Position numbers and translations under genes: made by a program
Notes under the pieces: generated by a model
Told to the model about the DNA's origin: nothing
The model's database searches: none
Seen by the model: the letters and a program-made list of their open reading frames with translations, nothing else
Assembly (NCBI GenBank): GCA_903824665.1
Contig: CAIJXT010000019.1
Span: 101,472 to 165,471 of the forward strand
Direction: 5' to 3'
From: an uncultured Bacteroidota bacterium
Lineage (GTDB): Bacteria > Bacteroidota > Bacteroidia > Chitinophagales > Chitinophagaceae
DNA: 64,000 bases
In this document: positions 1 to 10,653 of the stretch, piece after piece
Layout of the letters: each line of letters opens with the position of its first letter
Numbering within the stretch: position 1 is the first letter of the stretch

Positions 1-3000
1 GAAGGACCGGCGCCGGAAGGGTATGCCTGCAAAGTGACGGGAGTGCCAGCGGTGACCGATAAGCCAGGAGTGGAAGCTATGACAACATGGGGCTCTGAAT
101 ACGGGGCGACACGGATGGTGACACCATCGCCGAAAGCAGTATCGGCGGTGCGGCACAGATAGTTGCTCACCATGGTACACCGAACAATGTCGCCATCGGC
201 AGGCTCGTAAGCATACCCGGATCCGGTAGTGGCAAATAAGCCATTCACACTCCAGTAAAAAGCAGGAGTGTACCCGCCCGCGGCAGGAATGGCAGTAAAG
301 TTGACTACTGTATGCTTACATACGGTATCACCGGGATCGAGTGCGAGGGTGACAGCAGGTGTGGCAACGGGCAACACGGTAAGCACCTTTGTGCCGGTAA
401 CATAGGGCAATGTAACGCATGAAGTATCGCTGGCCATGCGCACAGTGACAACATCACCATTGGCCGGGATGAAACTGTATGAAGCTGCACTGTCTACGAC
501 AACTCCGTTAACCTTCCACAAATACCCGGGAGCCAGGCCGCCGTAAACTGGCAGAGGCAGCAAGGTAACAGTAGTGCCGGGGCAGACGGTATCGTTAGGA
601 CTGGTGGCAATGCCCACGGAAGGTGTGACCAGCGGAACTACGGTAACGACAGCAGCACCACTCATGACACGGGTGCAACCGCTGGTAGCGTTAGTGGCCA
701 GTACAGTGTAAGTACCCCCAGGGGTGAGCGGACCAAAGCTAATAGGATAACCTGTTCCTGGGACATAACCTGAAACAGAGGCACCGTAGTATAGTACATA
801 ACTCACGCCGGGCTGTGAACTATCGACACCGATAGATACACCTGAACCGCCCGCACAATAATTACCGCCGCCAGTGACATTGAACACCAATGGCAATGGT
901 TCGACTGTAACTGTTTTGGTGGCATAGCAACCTGTGGAAGAGAGCACATAGCTGATCACCGCCGTACCCAATGATATAGGGGTAACAACACCAGTGACAG
1001 CACTAATGGACGCAATGAGGTTGTTGCTGCTGCTCCAGACACCGCCTGGCAAGGCATTGGTCATAGTAACGGTAGAACCTGTACAAATGTGCGGGTTGCC
1101 GATGATAGCCGGTGGTGTGGTATTTACCGTAACGACGCGTGTAACATAACAATTTGTAGGCAAGGCGTAACTAATGAATGCCGTACCCGCACTGATACCT
1201 GTGAGTATGCCGGTTAATGAGCCAATAGCTGCGGTACCAACGGCACCACTCATCCAGATACCGCCGGGAGTGGCATCGGTCTGTAATATCACGGATCCTT
1301 CACAGACACTATCAGGGCCAGTAATGGGTGCAGGAAGCGGGTGAACATCAATATGCAACACATTGAAACAACCTGTGCCCAGCATGTATGATATTACCGT
1401 GCTGCCGGCAGCTATTCCGGTAACAAGGCCAGTGGCCGCATTGACTGTGGCGATAGAAGGACTGGCAGATGACCAAGTACCACCAGGCACGGCATTGCCC
1501 AATAACGATGTCTGCGACTCACAGACATTGGGCGAACCAGAAATGACTGAAGGCAGCGGCAGGACTGTAACGATAAGATCGCGCATACAACCGGTCATGA
1601 CAGTATAGCTAACAGAGATAGTACCCGGTGTGATAGCAGTAACCACACCCGTTATGGGATTGATAGTGCCAACACCCGCAGCAGCCGGATCGCTGCTCCA
1701 CATGCCGCCGGGCAATGTATTGGTAAGATTAACGGCAAAACCAGCGCAGACAGTTGGGCCGCCAACTATAGGTGGCGGTATAGCCTCTATAGTCAACGCA
1801 ATAGTAGCAATACACCCTGTAGGCGCAGTGTAGGTAATGGTTACATTGCCGCCGGAAATGCCCATATAATCGCCCGTTGCGGCATCTATTGTCGCAACGG
1901 CAGGGTTACCACTCATCCAAGTGCCTCCAGGTGTAACATCTGAAAGATGGATAATTGCACCTACGCAAGCAACGGTAACACCGGTGATGGGTGCAGGAAG
2001 CGGATTGACTGTAACAGTGATGCTGCGCGTGCAGCCGGTGGTAAGTGAGTAATAGATTGTAGCTGTACCCAACGCTACACCATGAATGATACCGGTGGAT
2101 CCGATAGGTGCTACAAACGGATCGGAGCTGCTCCAGATACCGCCCGGGGTGGCATTGGTAAGCAAGGACGAAATACCCAAACACAACCCGGGATTACCTG
2201 CAATGGTATCGGGAAGCGGGTTGACAGTGATAGCTTTAGTGGCAAAACAACCAGTGGGCAGGGAATATGTGATCACGGCTGTGCCGCCTGCCATGCCGGT
2301 AACGGCACCAGAGGACGCGTTGACAGTAGCTGCAGTAATATTTCCGCTAGTCCATGTACCACCCGGCACACTTTGATTTAATGTAATGGTGGTGCCCTGA
2401 CAAAATACGGAGATACCTGTAATGGGTGCAGGCAGCATGTTGACACTAACTGTCTTTGTGGTGTAACAACCCGAACTGACCGTGTATGAAATAACAGCAG
2501 TGCCCACTGACATACCGAGCACCAAGCCCGAAACAGGATGGATAATAGCCACCGATGCATTGCTGCTGCTCCAGGTGCCTGAAGGTGTAGCGTTTGTGAG
2601 TGCGGTAGCTGCGCCATAACATAATGATGGATTGCCGGCTATGGTATCGGGCAAGGCATTGACAGTAACGACCACACTTGACAAGCAACCATTTGCCAGT
2701 GCATAAGTAATGCCTGATGTGCCTACTGATAGTGGAGAAACAACACCTGCCGATGAAACTGTTGCTACAGCCGGAGCACTACTGCTCCATGCGCCGCCAG
2801 CGGGCGACACAGACAATGGAGATGCATAGGTATTGCACAATGACTGGTTGCCGGTAATAGCTCCGGGCGCTGTGTTTACTGTAATATCGCGTGTGGTGAT
2901 ACAACCAGTACCCAGAGAATAGGTGATGGTAGCAGTACCGGCACTGACACCGGTTACGAGTCCGCCTGAGGCTGTAACAGATGCTACTAAAGGCTGGCTG

Positions 3001-6000
3001 CTACTCCATGCACCACTACCGCTGCTGGTGGTAAGTGTAGCCGAGCTGCCTGCGCAAATACTGCTAACACCTGATATAGTGGCCGGCAATGCATAGACCG
3101 TAACAATGACGGTGGTTACGCACAATCCCGGCATACTGTAAGAGATGGCAGATGTGCCTGCGGAAATACCCGTCACGATACCGGTTGTGGATACAGTAGC
3201 CACAGCGGGCGTACTGCTGCTCCATGTACCGCCAACGACGCTCTGTGTGAGTGTTGTAGTTGTGTTCTGGCAAAGAGAAGCACTACCGCCGATAGGATCT
3301 GGTGCGAGGTTGACTGTGACTGTCTTTGTTGCAAAGCAACCAGTGGTCAGGGTATAGCTGATGGTGGTCGTTCCGGCAGTGAGGCCAGTGGTAGCACCAA
3401 AAGTGGCCAGAATAGAAGAGACGGCCGGATTGCTGCTGCTCCATGTACCGGGCCCCGGACTGCTGGTAAACGCCACCCCGGTGCCAGTGCAATAATTTGA
3501 CGGGCCGACAATGGGAGAAGGTGGCGCATTAACCGTTACGACAACACTGATAGTACATGAACCCGGCATGGTGTAAGTAATACCTGCAGTCCCTGCTACA
3601 ATACCCGTGACAACACCTGAAGCAGAAACCGTAGCTACTGCAGGCGTACCACTACTCCAGGCACCACCTGCAACAGTCTGCGTCAATGATGTTGTAGTGT
3701 TCTCGCATAACGAAAGCGTGCCGGTAATTGGTGCCGGAGACTGGTTGACCGTCACTGGCTTTGTGGCTACGCAGCCGGTGGTCAGTGTGTAAATGATATT
3801 GGCAGTGCCTGCTGCAACACCTGTAGCTGCACCTGTTAGCGGAACAATGGAAGAAATGCCCGGGTTACTGCTGCTCCATGAGCCTGTGGAGGGACTGCTG
3901 GTAAATGTAGCACCGGCCCCTGTGCAGTATGCGGAAGGGCCTGAGATAGCTGATGGAAGGGGATTCACGGTTACAACAACAGCAGCAAAACAGCTACCCG
4001 GCATGGTGTAAGTAATGCCGGCTGTACCGGCAACTATACCTGTGACAACACCAGTAGCGGATACTGTTGCTACAGCAGGCACACCACTACTCCATACACC
4101 ACCTATGACGCTTTGGGTAAGGGTGGTAGTAGCATTGAGACATACTGATGGAATGCCGGAAATAGGAGCGGGAATGGCATTGACAGTAAGCGGGCGCGTA
4201 GCGGTACAACCCACGCCTGATGAATACGAGATGGTCGCAGTACCGGGAGCTATGCCACCAACCAAGCCTGTAACTGCATTGACCGTGGCGATGAGCGGAT
4301 GCGAACTACTCCATGCACCGCCGGGAGGAGTACTGGCAAAGGCAGATGTGGTGCCGGCACAAATGTTATTAGTACCGGTAACCGCACCTGGTGGTGCATT
4401 GACAGTAACGACAGCTGTAACAAAACAACCGGCGGCTGTTGTATAGGAAATGCGGGCTGTTCCGGCAATAAGTCCCGATACTACCCCACCAGTTGACACA
4501 CTGGCAGTGGCCGGAGCGCTGCTACTCCAGGCACCTGTTCCGGTAGCATTAGTAAGTGTAGTGGTAAACCCGACGCAAACAGTGCGCAGTCCGGCAATTG
4601 TATCTGGTAGTGGATTGACGGTAACGGTTCGGACTGTACTGGATGTGCATCCAATAGGATTTGACACAGTAAGCGTAACAACGTGTGTGCCGGGTAGGGT
4701 GAACGTATGGGCCACGGAGTATCCTGTGCCAGAGGCACTGCTGCCAAATGACCAAGCCCAAACGGAAGGAGCTGAATAGGTGGCGTATGAGGAGTCGGTG
4801 AAGGTAACAGAGCTACCCTGACAAACAGGGTTGGGGTTGATACGGAATTTAGCATTGAGCACGTCGACCTTTATCGTATCGGGGCTGATGCTGGAATTGG
4901 TACAACCGGTACTGTCGGTAAGAATCAACTTCGGTATATACTGGCCCGGTATGAGGTAGGTGTGGGAAATCGTATCGGCTGTAGACAGACCGGAAATGAA
5001 TCCGTCGCCGAAGTCCCAGATGAGACTGGCTACACTGCCCAGGGACGTGCTGAAATGCACGGGAAGCGGCGTGCAACCTGACATAGGCGTGTATGAAAAC
5101 GCTCCTGTATACCCGAAAATATTAACATTGCCATAGGCAGTATCTGTGCACCCTATGGAATTGTAAGCGACCAGTCTGATGGTATAATAGCCAGCAGCAG
5201 TATAGGGGCTGCTGGGGTTTGTTGCTACGGAAGAACTACTGTTTCCGAAGGACCAATTGTAGGATGCAGCACCAATACTTGCGTTTGTAAAAATGACATT
5301 GAGTGGGGGACATACTGCAAAAGTATCGCTCATTGTAAACGCAGCTACGGGTGACGGCGCCACAAAAATGTAATTGAGTAGTGTGGCAGTGTCTGTGCAA
5401 CCATGGCTCTCGATAGCGACCAGCCGAACGGTATATACGCCACCTGTGGCATACACATGATCGGGTGCAGTGAGTGTAGAAGTGTTACCATCGCCAAACA
5501 TCCAGAGATACGAAGTTGCAGCGGAAGAAACATTATTGAAATGAACAGCACTACCTACACAGACGTTGTTGATACTGGCATAAAATGATGCAGTGGGTCT
5601 GTAGACAGCGATTGGCACAACCGGTGAAGCATCGGTACAACCGATGCTGTCTGTGACAGTAAGGACCGCGTTGTATGTACCTGCAAGCGTATAGGTGTGT
5701 GCCGTTCCAGGTGTTGTCGCAGACAGTGTGACGCCATCGCCAAAAGTCCAATCATAAAATTTTAACCGACACTCGGGTATGCCGGTGCTGAGGTCGTTGA
5801 AATTGACAGGTAGTGGCCCACAGCCACTTGCAGGCACTGCGCTAAAGGCTGCAGTCGGGTTACCGACAAGAAGGTAGTCGTTTCGGGTGAGTGTGTCGAA
5901 ACAGCCCCGATCGTTTTTAATAATCAGCGTGATGTCGTGATAGCCGGGTCCGAAAGAAGCACTGATCTCATCCAATGTTGTATCTGCAAACAAAGCCCCG

Positions 6001-8183
6001 TTATCATACCATTTGTACCTTAACGCATCAGCACCAAGAATACCAGCGTTCAGCGTAATAACCTGACCTGCGCAAATAGTGGGATCGGGCGTGCTTAAAA
6101 ACACAGACGGCGGATCCAGATCTACCTCAATAGCAACAGTATCGCGGCATCCGCTGCCTGCATTGAAGGTGGTGAGTGTGGCATTGAAGGTTGATAACGA
6201 AGGGTAAAAGTGGACAGGATTTTTGATCGGCGAGGTGTTGCCATCTCCAAAAATCCAGAGTCGCGTGTCTGCACCCAGGGAGCTATCTCCGAATGCAATA
6301 CCGTTATTTGGCGTGCACAAATAATTAAACACCGGTACAGCATTTGGTGAATCGATGTAGATTACGGTTCTCACCTCCGGACTCGGGCAGCCATTGTGAT
6401 AAGCCCTGAGTTTAACGGTATCAATTCCAGGCACTTTAAATTTATGTACCCGGTTAGCGAATGACGCGTTACCGGTATCAAAATCGGTATTGCCATATAG
6501 CCACTTGTAAGTATTAGCTGTGCCGGTAACTGTGCTGGTGAAAACAACATTCTGGCCCGCACAGATGTGGGTTGGTACTGCGGTGAATACAACGGTGGGT
6601 GGCACTCCTGTGCGTACCTGAATGGTTCCGGTTTTGGTGCAACCATTGGATGTTGTTATTGTACAGTTTACATTAAAAGTGCCAACCGTGGAAAATGTGT
6701 GGGCGGGTGACGGCCCAGTAACGGCGGGTGAACCGTCGCCAAAGTTCCATGAGTAGCCTGTAATGGTATAGGGTACAGGAAGGAATACAGTTTCACTGCT
6801 CGCCGGTATGAAGGCAGTAGCAGAGACCGTATTTGTAAAGGTTGTTGTTAGTGGAATACACCCCAGATTCTGACTGGCACCAACTGTTACCGAAAGATTG
6901 AATATAGTATCTACCTTTTCGATCAGGCGAACGCAACCATTGCTGTTTGTTACCGTAAGTTTCACCGTATCGATACGACCAAAAGCGTAAGATTTGCTCG
7001 TGGTTACCCCTGTACCAGTACCGGTGCCCATAAACTGCCATAAAGTAGTGCAGCCCGGTGGAATAGTTGCCGCATAATTGACTGTTACCGGAGCGGGACA
7101 TGGAACTGTAGGTGTAATAGTAAAGGTTCCGGAAGGAATTGCATTGATTGTAACAGGACTGATGGTAGTATCGTAACAAATACCATCAGATACCACCAAC
7201 CGGGTATTAAAAACGCCTGGCAGTGCATATGCGTGTACTCCGTTTTCATCGGCAGAGGTAAACCCATCTCCAAAATCCCAGGTGCTGAACAAGTGCATCG
7301 CGCTGGTGTTGGTGAAAGTAACCGGACTGCCCTGACATCCCGGTGAGGGCGGCGTATAGCCGGCCGTTAAACCAGAGACGGTTACGTAATCGGTGATCAG
7401 CGAACTATCTATACAACCATGCCCATCAGTAACCCGAAGACGGACGGAGTAGCTACCCACCGTAGAATAACTGTGCACAGCATGTACAGAACTTGCAAAG
7501 AAACCATCTCCAAAGGACCAGTTGTGAAAAAGAGGAGAAAATCCACTGGAACTATTTGTAAACGAGACGGGAGCCGGGGGATTGCAGATATTGTTGCCGG
7601 TAGCAATGAAACTCACGGCCGGTGGGGTATAGACCTGTATAAAATTGTTTTTGCTCAGAGATCGGGAGCACCCCATGCTGTTGGTAGCAAAAAGCGTGAT
7701 AGTATAAAAACCCGGAGATGGATGCGTGTAAACAGGAGCGGCTAATGTAGAAGTGCTGCCATCGCCAAAATTCCATGAATAGGTAACGGGTCCAGGCGTG
7801 CCACCTGAGGTGGAATTAGAAAAGGTAACAGGCAGCCCGGGGCAAACAGTAGTATCGTCAGCAGCGAATGATACTACAGGCAACGGATAAACAGTCACTA
7901 CCATAGAATATGTGCTGGAGGCCGCACCATTGAACGCAGTGAGGGTGACGGTGTAGGTGCCTGCTGTAATATAGGCAGCTGAGGGGTCGCTCAATGAAGA
8001 AAAAGTACTGTTGCCCAGATTCCATGAATAGGTTACAGCATCTGAAGATGTGTTGGTAAAATGAACAATCAGGGGCGTACAACCCGACGCGTTGTCAACA
8101 CTGAATCCTGCTGTAACCCCACGTGAAACTGTGGGACAAAATGTGATGAGCGTGAAAAATAAAATATAAAATATTCGGGGCAT
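1..8183 (-). CDS. Giant secreted PKD-domain / Ig-like repeat surface protein (3' end outside window; probable T9SS cargo)
   Basis: Absent from the ORF track, apparently because it runs off the left edge. Manual spot translations at about 8117, 5780 and 59 share one minus frame. It has a signal-peptide-like N-terminus (..FYILFFTLITFCPTVSRG), about 14 PKD-type W-x-F-G-D/N motifs from 8020 to 4750, and about 17 repeats of 72-74 aa (GGxWSSS..ATV..G.V.G...GT..I.Y...GC) from 4600 to 930. Not every codon was checked, and the start was counted by hand. Confidence 0.85.
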   Translation of the reverse strand, partial: MPRIFYILFFTLITFCPTVSRGVTAGFSVDNASGCTPLIVHFTNTSSDAVTYSWNLGNSTFSSLSDPSAAYITAGTYTVTLTAFNGAASSTYSMVVTVYPLPVVSFAADDTTVCPGLPVTFSNSTSGGTPGPVTYSWNFGDGSTSTLAAPVYTHPSPGFYTITLFATNSMGCSRSLSKNNFIQVYTPPAVSFIATGNNICNPPAPVSFTNSSSGFSPLFHNWSFGDGFFASSVHAVHSYSTVGSYSVRLRVTDGHGCIDSSLITDYVTVSGLTAGYTPPSPGCQGSPVTFTNTSAMHLFSTWDFGDGFTSADENGVHAYALPGVFNTRLVVSDGICYDTTISPVTINAIPSGTFTITPTVPCPAPVTVNYAATIPPGCTTLWQFMGTGTGTGVTTSKSYAFGRIDTVKLTVTNSNGCVRLIEKVDTIFNLSVTVGASQNLGCIPLTTTFTNTVSATAFIPASSETVFLPVPYTITGYSWNFGDGSPAVTGPSPAHTFSTVGTFNVNCTITTSNGCTKTGTIQVRTGVPPTVVFTAVPTHICAGQNVVFTSTVTGTANTYKWLYGNTDFDTGNASFANRVHKFKVPGIDTVKLRAYHNGCPSPEVRTVIYIDSPNAVPVFNYLCTPNNGIAFGDSSLGADTRLWIFGDGNTSPIKNPVHFYPSLSTFNATLTTFNAGSGCRDTVAIEVDLDPPSVFLSTPDPTICAGQVITLNAGILGADALRYKWYDNGALFADTTLDEISASFGPGYHDITLIIKNDRGCFDTLTRNDYLLVGNPTAAFSAVPASGCGPLPVNFNDLSTGIPECRLKFYDWTFGDGVTLSATTPGTAHTYTLAGTYNAVLTVTDSIGCTDASPVVPIAVYRPTASFYASINNVCVGSAVHFNNVSSAATSYLWMFGDGNTSTLTAPDHVYATGGVYTVRLVAIESHGCTDTATLLNYIFVAPSPVAAFTMSDTFAVCPPLNVIFTNASIGAASYNWSFGNSSSSVATNPSSPYTAAGYYTIRLVAYNSIGCTDTAYGNVNIFGYTGAFSYTPMSGCTPLPVHFSTSLGSVASLIWDFGDGFISGLSTADTISHTYLIPGQYIPKLILTDSTGCTNSSISPDTIKVDVLNAKFRINPNPVCQGSSVTFTDSSYATYSAPSVWAWSFGSSASGTGYSVAHTFTLPGTHVVTLTVSNPIGCTSSTVRTVTVNPLPDTIAGLRTVCVGFTTTLTNATGTGAWSSSAPATASVSTGGVVSGLIAGTARISYTTAAGCFVTAVVTVNAPPGAVTGTNNICAGTTSAFASTPPGGAWSSSHPLIATVNAVTGLVGGIAPGTATISYSSGVGCTATRPLTVNAIPAPISGIPSVCLNATTTLTQSVIGGVWSSGVPAVATVSATGVVTGIVAGTAGITYTMPGSCFAAVVVTVNPLPSAISGPSAYCTGAGATFTSSPSTGSWSSSNPGISSIVPLTGAATGVAAGTANIIYTLTTGCVATKPVTVNQSPAPITGTLSLCENTTTSLTQTVAGGAWSSGTPAVATVSASGVVTGIVAGTAGITYTMPGSCTISVVVTVNAPPSPIVGPSNYCTGTGVAFTSSPGPGTWSSSNPAVSSILATFGATTGLTAGTTTISYTLTTGCFATKTVTVNLAPDPIGGSASLCQNTTTTLTQSVVGGTWSSSTPAVATVSTTGIVTGISAGTSAISYSMPGLCVTTVIVTVYALPATISGVSSICAGSSATLTTSSGSGAWSSSQPLVASVTASGGLVTGVSAGTATITYSLGTGCITTRDITVNTAPGAITGNQSLCNTYASPLSVSPAGGAWSSSAPAVATVSSAGVVSPLSVGTSGITYALANGCLSSVVVTVNALPDTIAGNPSLCYGAATALTNATPSGTWSSSNASVAIIHPVSGLVLGMSVGTAVISYTVSSGCYTTKTVSVNMLPAPITGISVFCQGTTITLNQSVPGGTWTSGNITAATVNASSGAVTGMAGGTAVITYSLPTGCFATKAITVNPLPDTIAGNPGLCLGISSLLTNATPGGIWSSSDPFVAPIGSTGIIHGVALGTATIYYSLTTGCTRSITVTVNPLPAPITGVTVACVGAIIHLSDVTPGGTWMSGNPAVATIDAATGDYMGISGGNVTITYTAPTGCIATIALTIEAIPPPIVGGPTVCAGFAVNLTNTLPGGMWSSDPAAAGVGTINPITGVVTAITPGTISVSYTVMTGCMRDLIVTVLPLPSVISGSPNVCESQTSLLGNAVPGGTWSSASPSIATVNAATGLVTGIAAGSTVISYMLGTGCFNVLHIDVHPLPAPITGPDSVCEGSVILQTDATPGGIWMSGAVGTAAIGSLTGILTGISAGTAFISYALPTNCYVTRVVTVNTTPPAIIGNPHICTGSTVTMTNALPGGVWSSSNNLIASISAVTGVVTPISLGTAVISYVLSSTGCYATKTVTVEPLPLVFNVTGGGNYCAGGSGVSIGVDSSQPGVSYVLYYGASVSGYVPGTGYPISFGPLTPGGTYTVLATNATSGCTRVMSGAAVVTVVPLVTPSVGIATSPNDTVCPGTTVTLLPLPVYGGLAPGYLWKVNGVVVDSAASYSFIPANGDVVTVRMASDTSCVTLPYVTGTKVLTVLPVATPAVTLALDPGDTVCKHTVVNFTAIPAAGGYTPAFYWSVNGLFATTGSGYAYEPADGDIVRCTMVSNYLCRTADTAFGDGVTIRVAPYSEPHVVIASTPGLSVTAGTPVTLQAYPSGAGP

Positions 8184-8433
8184 ACCGGTAAAATATGATT
8201 ACTTGACGCCTGAAAATACATCTTTTCAAGCAATCAAAAAAAATATTATACAGGCTGGTTTAGAGTTTTTTCAATACATTAACTATTAGTTAGTTCAGCT
8301 GTGCTCAATCGGGGAAAATAATACACATATTACTTTGCGCAATAACCAACTTTAAACCGTACCATGACAAGTGCCTCAGCGCACAAGACCCAAAAAACTG
8401 TGCATTTCCAGAAAAGGCTTTTTCAAACACTAG

Positions 8434-9024
8434 TCAGCATTGAATCTTCCTTTTTAACCCAACAAGTACTGAGGGCCATTCCTCTGCAATAATACTGTAC
8501 ATAGCAGTGTTGCGGTAAGCTCCATTTGCCCTGATCCGTTCGTTGCGGAGTATACCTTCAAACGTTGCTCCTATCCCTAATATCGCAGTACGGCTCCTAT
8601 GATTGTTCTCGTCGGTTACAAGTTGTACCCTTATTGTTTTCAGCACGTCAAAACAATAGGTCAGCATCAGCAATTTACATTCCCGGTTGTATCCGTTACG
8701 CCAGTAAGCCGGGTCATACCATGTCCACCCGATTTCGAGTTTTTTATGTTCCGGAAAAATATTGTGAAACATGGTGCTGCCAAATACTTTGCCTGTTTGC
8801 TTTTCAATAACAGTAAAGGGGTACTGTTCCCCGTTTGCCCGTTTCAACGCAGCACTTTCGAGGTGCTTGCGCAAAACAGCAGGATCAGCACCGTTTATAG
8901 ACACGAACTCCCAAATTTTTTCATCACTGCCGGCAAGAAGCAAATCGGAAAAATGAGCTCTATCAAGCGGTACCAGCCTTACTTTTTCTCCTTCCAAAAC
9001 AACAGGGTGGTTTATCCAGTTCAT
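8434..9024 (-). CDS. GNAT family N-acetyltransferase (RimJ/RimL-like)
   Basis: 196 aa; LEGEKVRLVPL, LEIGWTW, RSRTAILGIGATFEGILR, NTAMYSI typical of Acetyltransf_3. Confidence 0.85.
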   Translation of the reverse strand: MNWINHPVVLEGEKVRLVPLDRAHFSDLLLAGSDEKIWEFVSINGADPAVLRKHLESAALKRANGEQYPFTVIEKQTGKVFGSTMFHNIFPEHKKLEIGWTWYDPAYWRNGYNRECKLLMLTYCFDVLKTIRVQLVTDENNHRSRTAILGIGATFEGILRNERIRANGAYRNTAMYSIIAEEWPSVLVGLKRKIQC

Positions 9025-9069
9025 CGGTTAATATGTTTAAGTATCGATAGATTGATGTACTAAAAATAC

Positions 9070-9096
9070 AAAAGCGGGACAAAACGCCCCGCTTCT
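9070..9096 (-). terminator. Probable intrinsic terminator
   Basis: Minus strand AAGCGGG..CCCGCTTTT hairpin just after the stop of 9123..10046. Confidence 0.55.
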
Positions 9097-9122
9097 GAAT
9101 TATCAAATGTCAAAATCTGCGC

Positions 9123-10046
9123 TTATTCAACCATCAGTTTTTTCACGGCAACACCTGCATCATCAACGATCTGTACAAGATAGATACCCTGTGCTACACC
9201 TTTCAGGTCGAGCGTGAAGTTATTTTCACCTGAAATTGCTTTCTGTTCGGTAGTCTTCACGATTTTACCAGTCACATCTGTAAGGTTAATGGTTATTTGT
9301 TTCCTGCCGATACTATGGTAGTAAACAGTTGCAGTGCCCGAAGCCGGGTTAGGAAATACGGATGAAGAAGATCCCGGAGTTGCGACAGAAATAACGCCAC
9401 TAGGTACGGTACCGGTGAACGCGAGATCATCGGCATTGAGAAAGCTGCCAACAACTGCCGCAGCAGGATCGGCACTTGTGGAAAGAACTACAAGGCCCGT
9501 ATCGGGAGTTAACCCTGACATGTATTTCAGGGGCATTGTGAAACTTGCCCAAGTCATAACCATACCCGTTAGCGTACTATCAATTTTAGCTACAGTGTCC
9601 CGTTTGTTGAGTGATATGTTCCACTTTGTAAGAAATACTGCTACCCTGCCATGGTCTGCACCCTGACCCATGTGCTCCCACTTGCCGGTAAGGCTGGCAG
9701 GACGTGAAGTATATGGAAAACCACCGTCGACAGCAACAGAAAAAGGCGAAGGCACTACTGTTACATTACCGGATACCGCAATTCCGGGGGCAACAATGGT
9801 CAAAACTGCCTTTGCTTCAAGTTTTATAAACGCAGATCCGGCAGGTGCGCCTGTTGTGCCTTTGATACATGTGTATGCAGTGGACGCAAATCCATCTATA
9901 GTAGGATTCGCATTGCCCCATCCAGTAGGATTATCATAAGAACCGGTGCCTGCAGTAGTCCAGGTTTCGAAACCGGCATTGGGTATCTGCGCAAATGCTG
10001 ATAGCGTAAAGAGGGAAGCAGCAAAAAGTGTACAAATTTTTTTCAT
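9123..10046 (-). CDS. T9SS type A sorting domain protein with a carbohydrate-binding-like N-terminal domain
   Basis: Signal peptide, QIPNAGFETW start, C-terminal VFPNPASG..GIYLVQI..KKLMVE. Confidence 0.8.
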   Translation of the reverse strand: MKKICTLFAASLFTLSAFAQIPNAGFETWTTAGTGSYDNPTGWGNANPTIDGFASTAYTCIKGTTGAPAGSAFIKLEAKAVLTIVAPGIAVSGNVTVVPSPFSVAVDGGFPYTSRPASLTGKWEHMGQGADHGRVAVFLTKWNISLNKRDTVAKIDSTLTGMVMTWASFTMPLKYMSGLTPDTGLVVLSTSADPAAAVVGSFLNADDLAFTGTVPSGVISVATPGSSSSVFPNPASGTATVYYHSIGRKQITINLTDVTGKIVKTTEQKAISGENNFTLDLKGVAQGIYLVQIVDDAGVAVKKLMVE

Positions 10047-10231
10047 TTACGTTGATTTTTTAGGTGAGTGAAAAGTACAACAAATGTACATTTATAATCG
10101 TTTCAAAAAAATATTTTGCATATAATATTGTTTGTTACACTACCTGTATTCGCCTGCATGTGCAATTATTAATTGTAAAACAATAAACTACTTTTGTCTA
10201 TTGTCAAAACAACCTGTTTTGAAGAAAAAAC

Positions 10232-10618
10232 ATGTCGGAAAAAAACGAAAATAAAAACAAAACCGGTCCAAGATGGATTGAAAATCTGCACATTCTGCTG
10301 TGGCTGATAAAGGATACCTGCTGGGCGCTGGTGTGGAAACCGGGTGCAATGCTGATGATACTACCAACAATAAGTGTTGCATTCTACCTGCTGTACCATT
10401 CCAAACATAGCAAAACAGAACTGTTTCACAATGCAGCGGTATGCATGTGGATCATTGCCAACTCGATATGGATGACCGGTGAGTTCATCAACCATGATCT
10501 TCGCATGATCGCAGTTGTTTTTTTCTCTATAGGGTTAGCGCTATTGCTCATTTATTACACTGTGTATTTCAGGCGCGACCAACGAAATGAAAATACAAAG
10601 GTGGGGAATACCGAATAA
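10232..10618 (+). CDS. Small hypothetical membrane protein (about 4 TM)
   Basis: 128 aa with four hydrophobic segments. Confidence 0.65.
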   Translation: MSEKNENKNKTGPRWIENLHILLWLIKDTCWALVWKPGAMLMILPTISVAFYLLYHSKHSKTELFHNAAVCMWIIANSIWMTGEFINHDLRMIAVVFFSIGLALLLIYYTVYFRRDQRNENTKVGNTE

Positions 10619-10653
10619 TGGCCGGCTGCACCAGAACAGCAATGTAAAGGAAG

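Noticed and set aside
305-8082. Dozens of short ORFs in the track, many rich in Val/Pro/Ala/Thr on the + strand
   Set aside because: They are antisense or off-frame shadows of the giant minus-strand repeat protein. The same applies to short ORFs overlapping other long genes.
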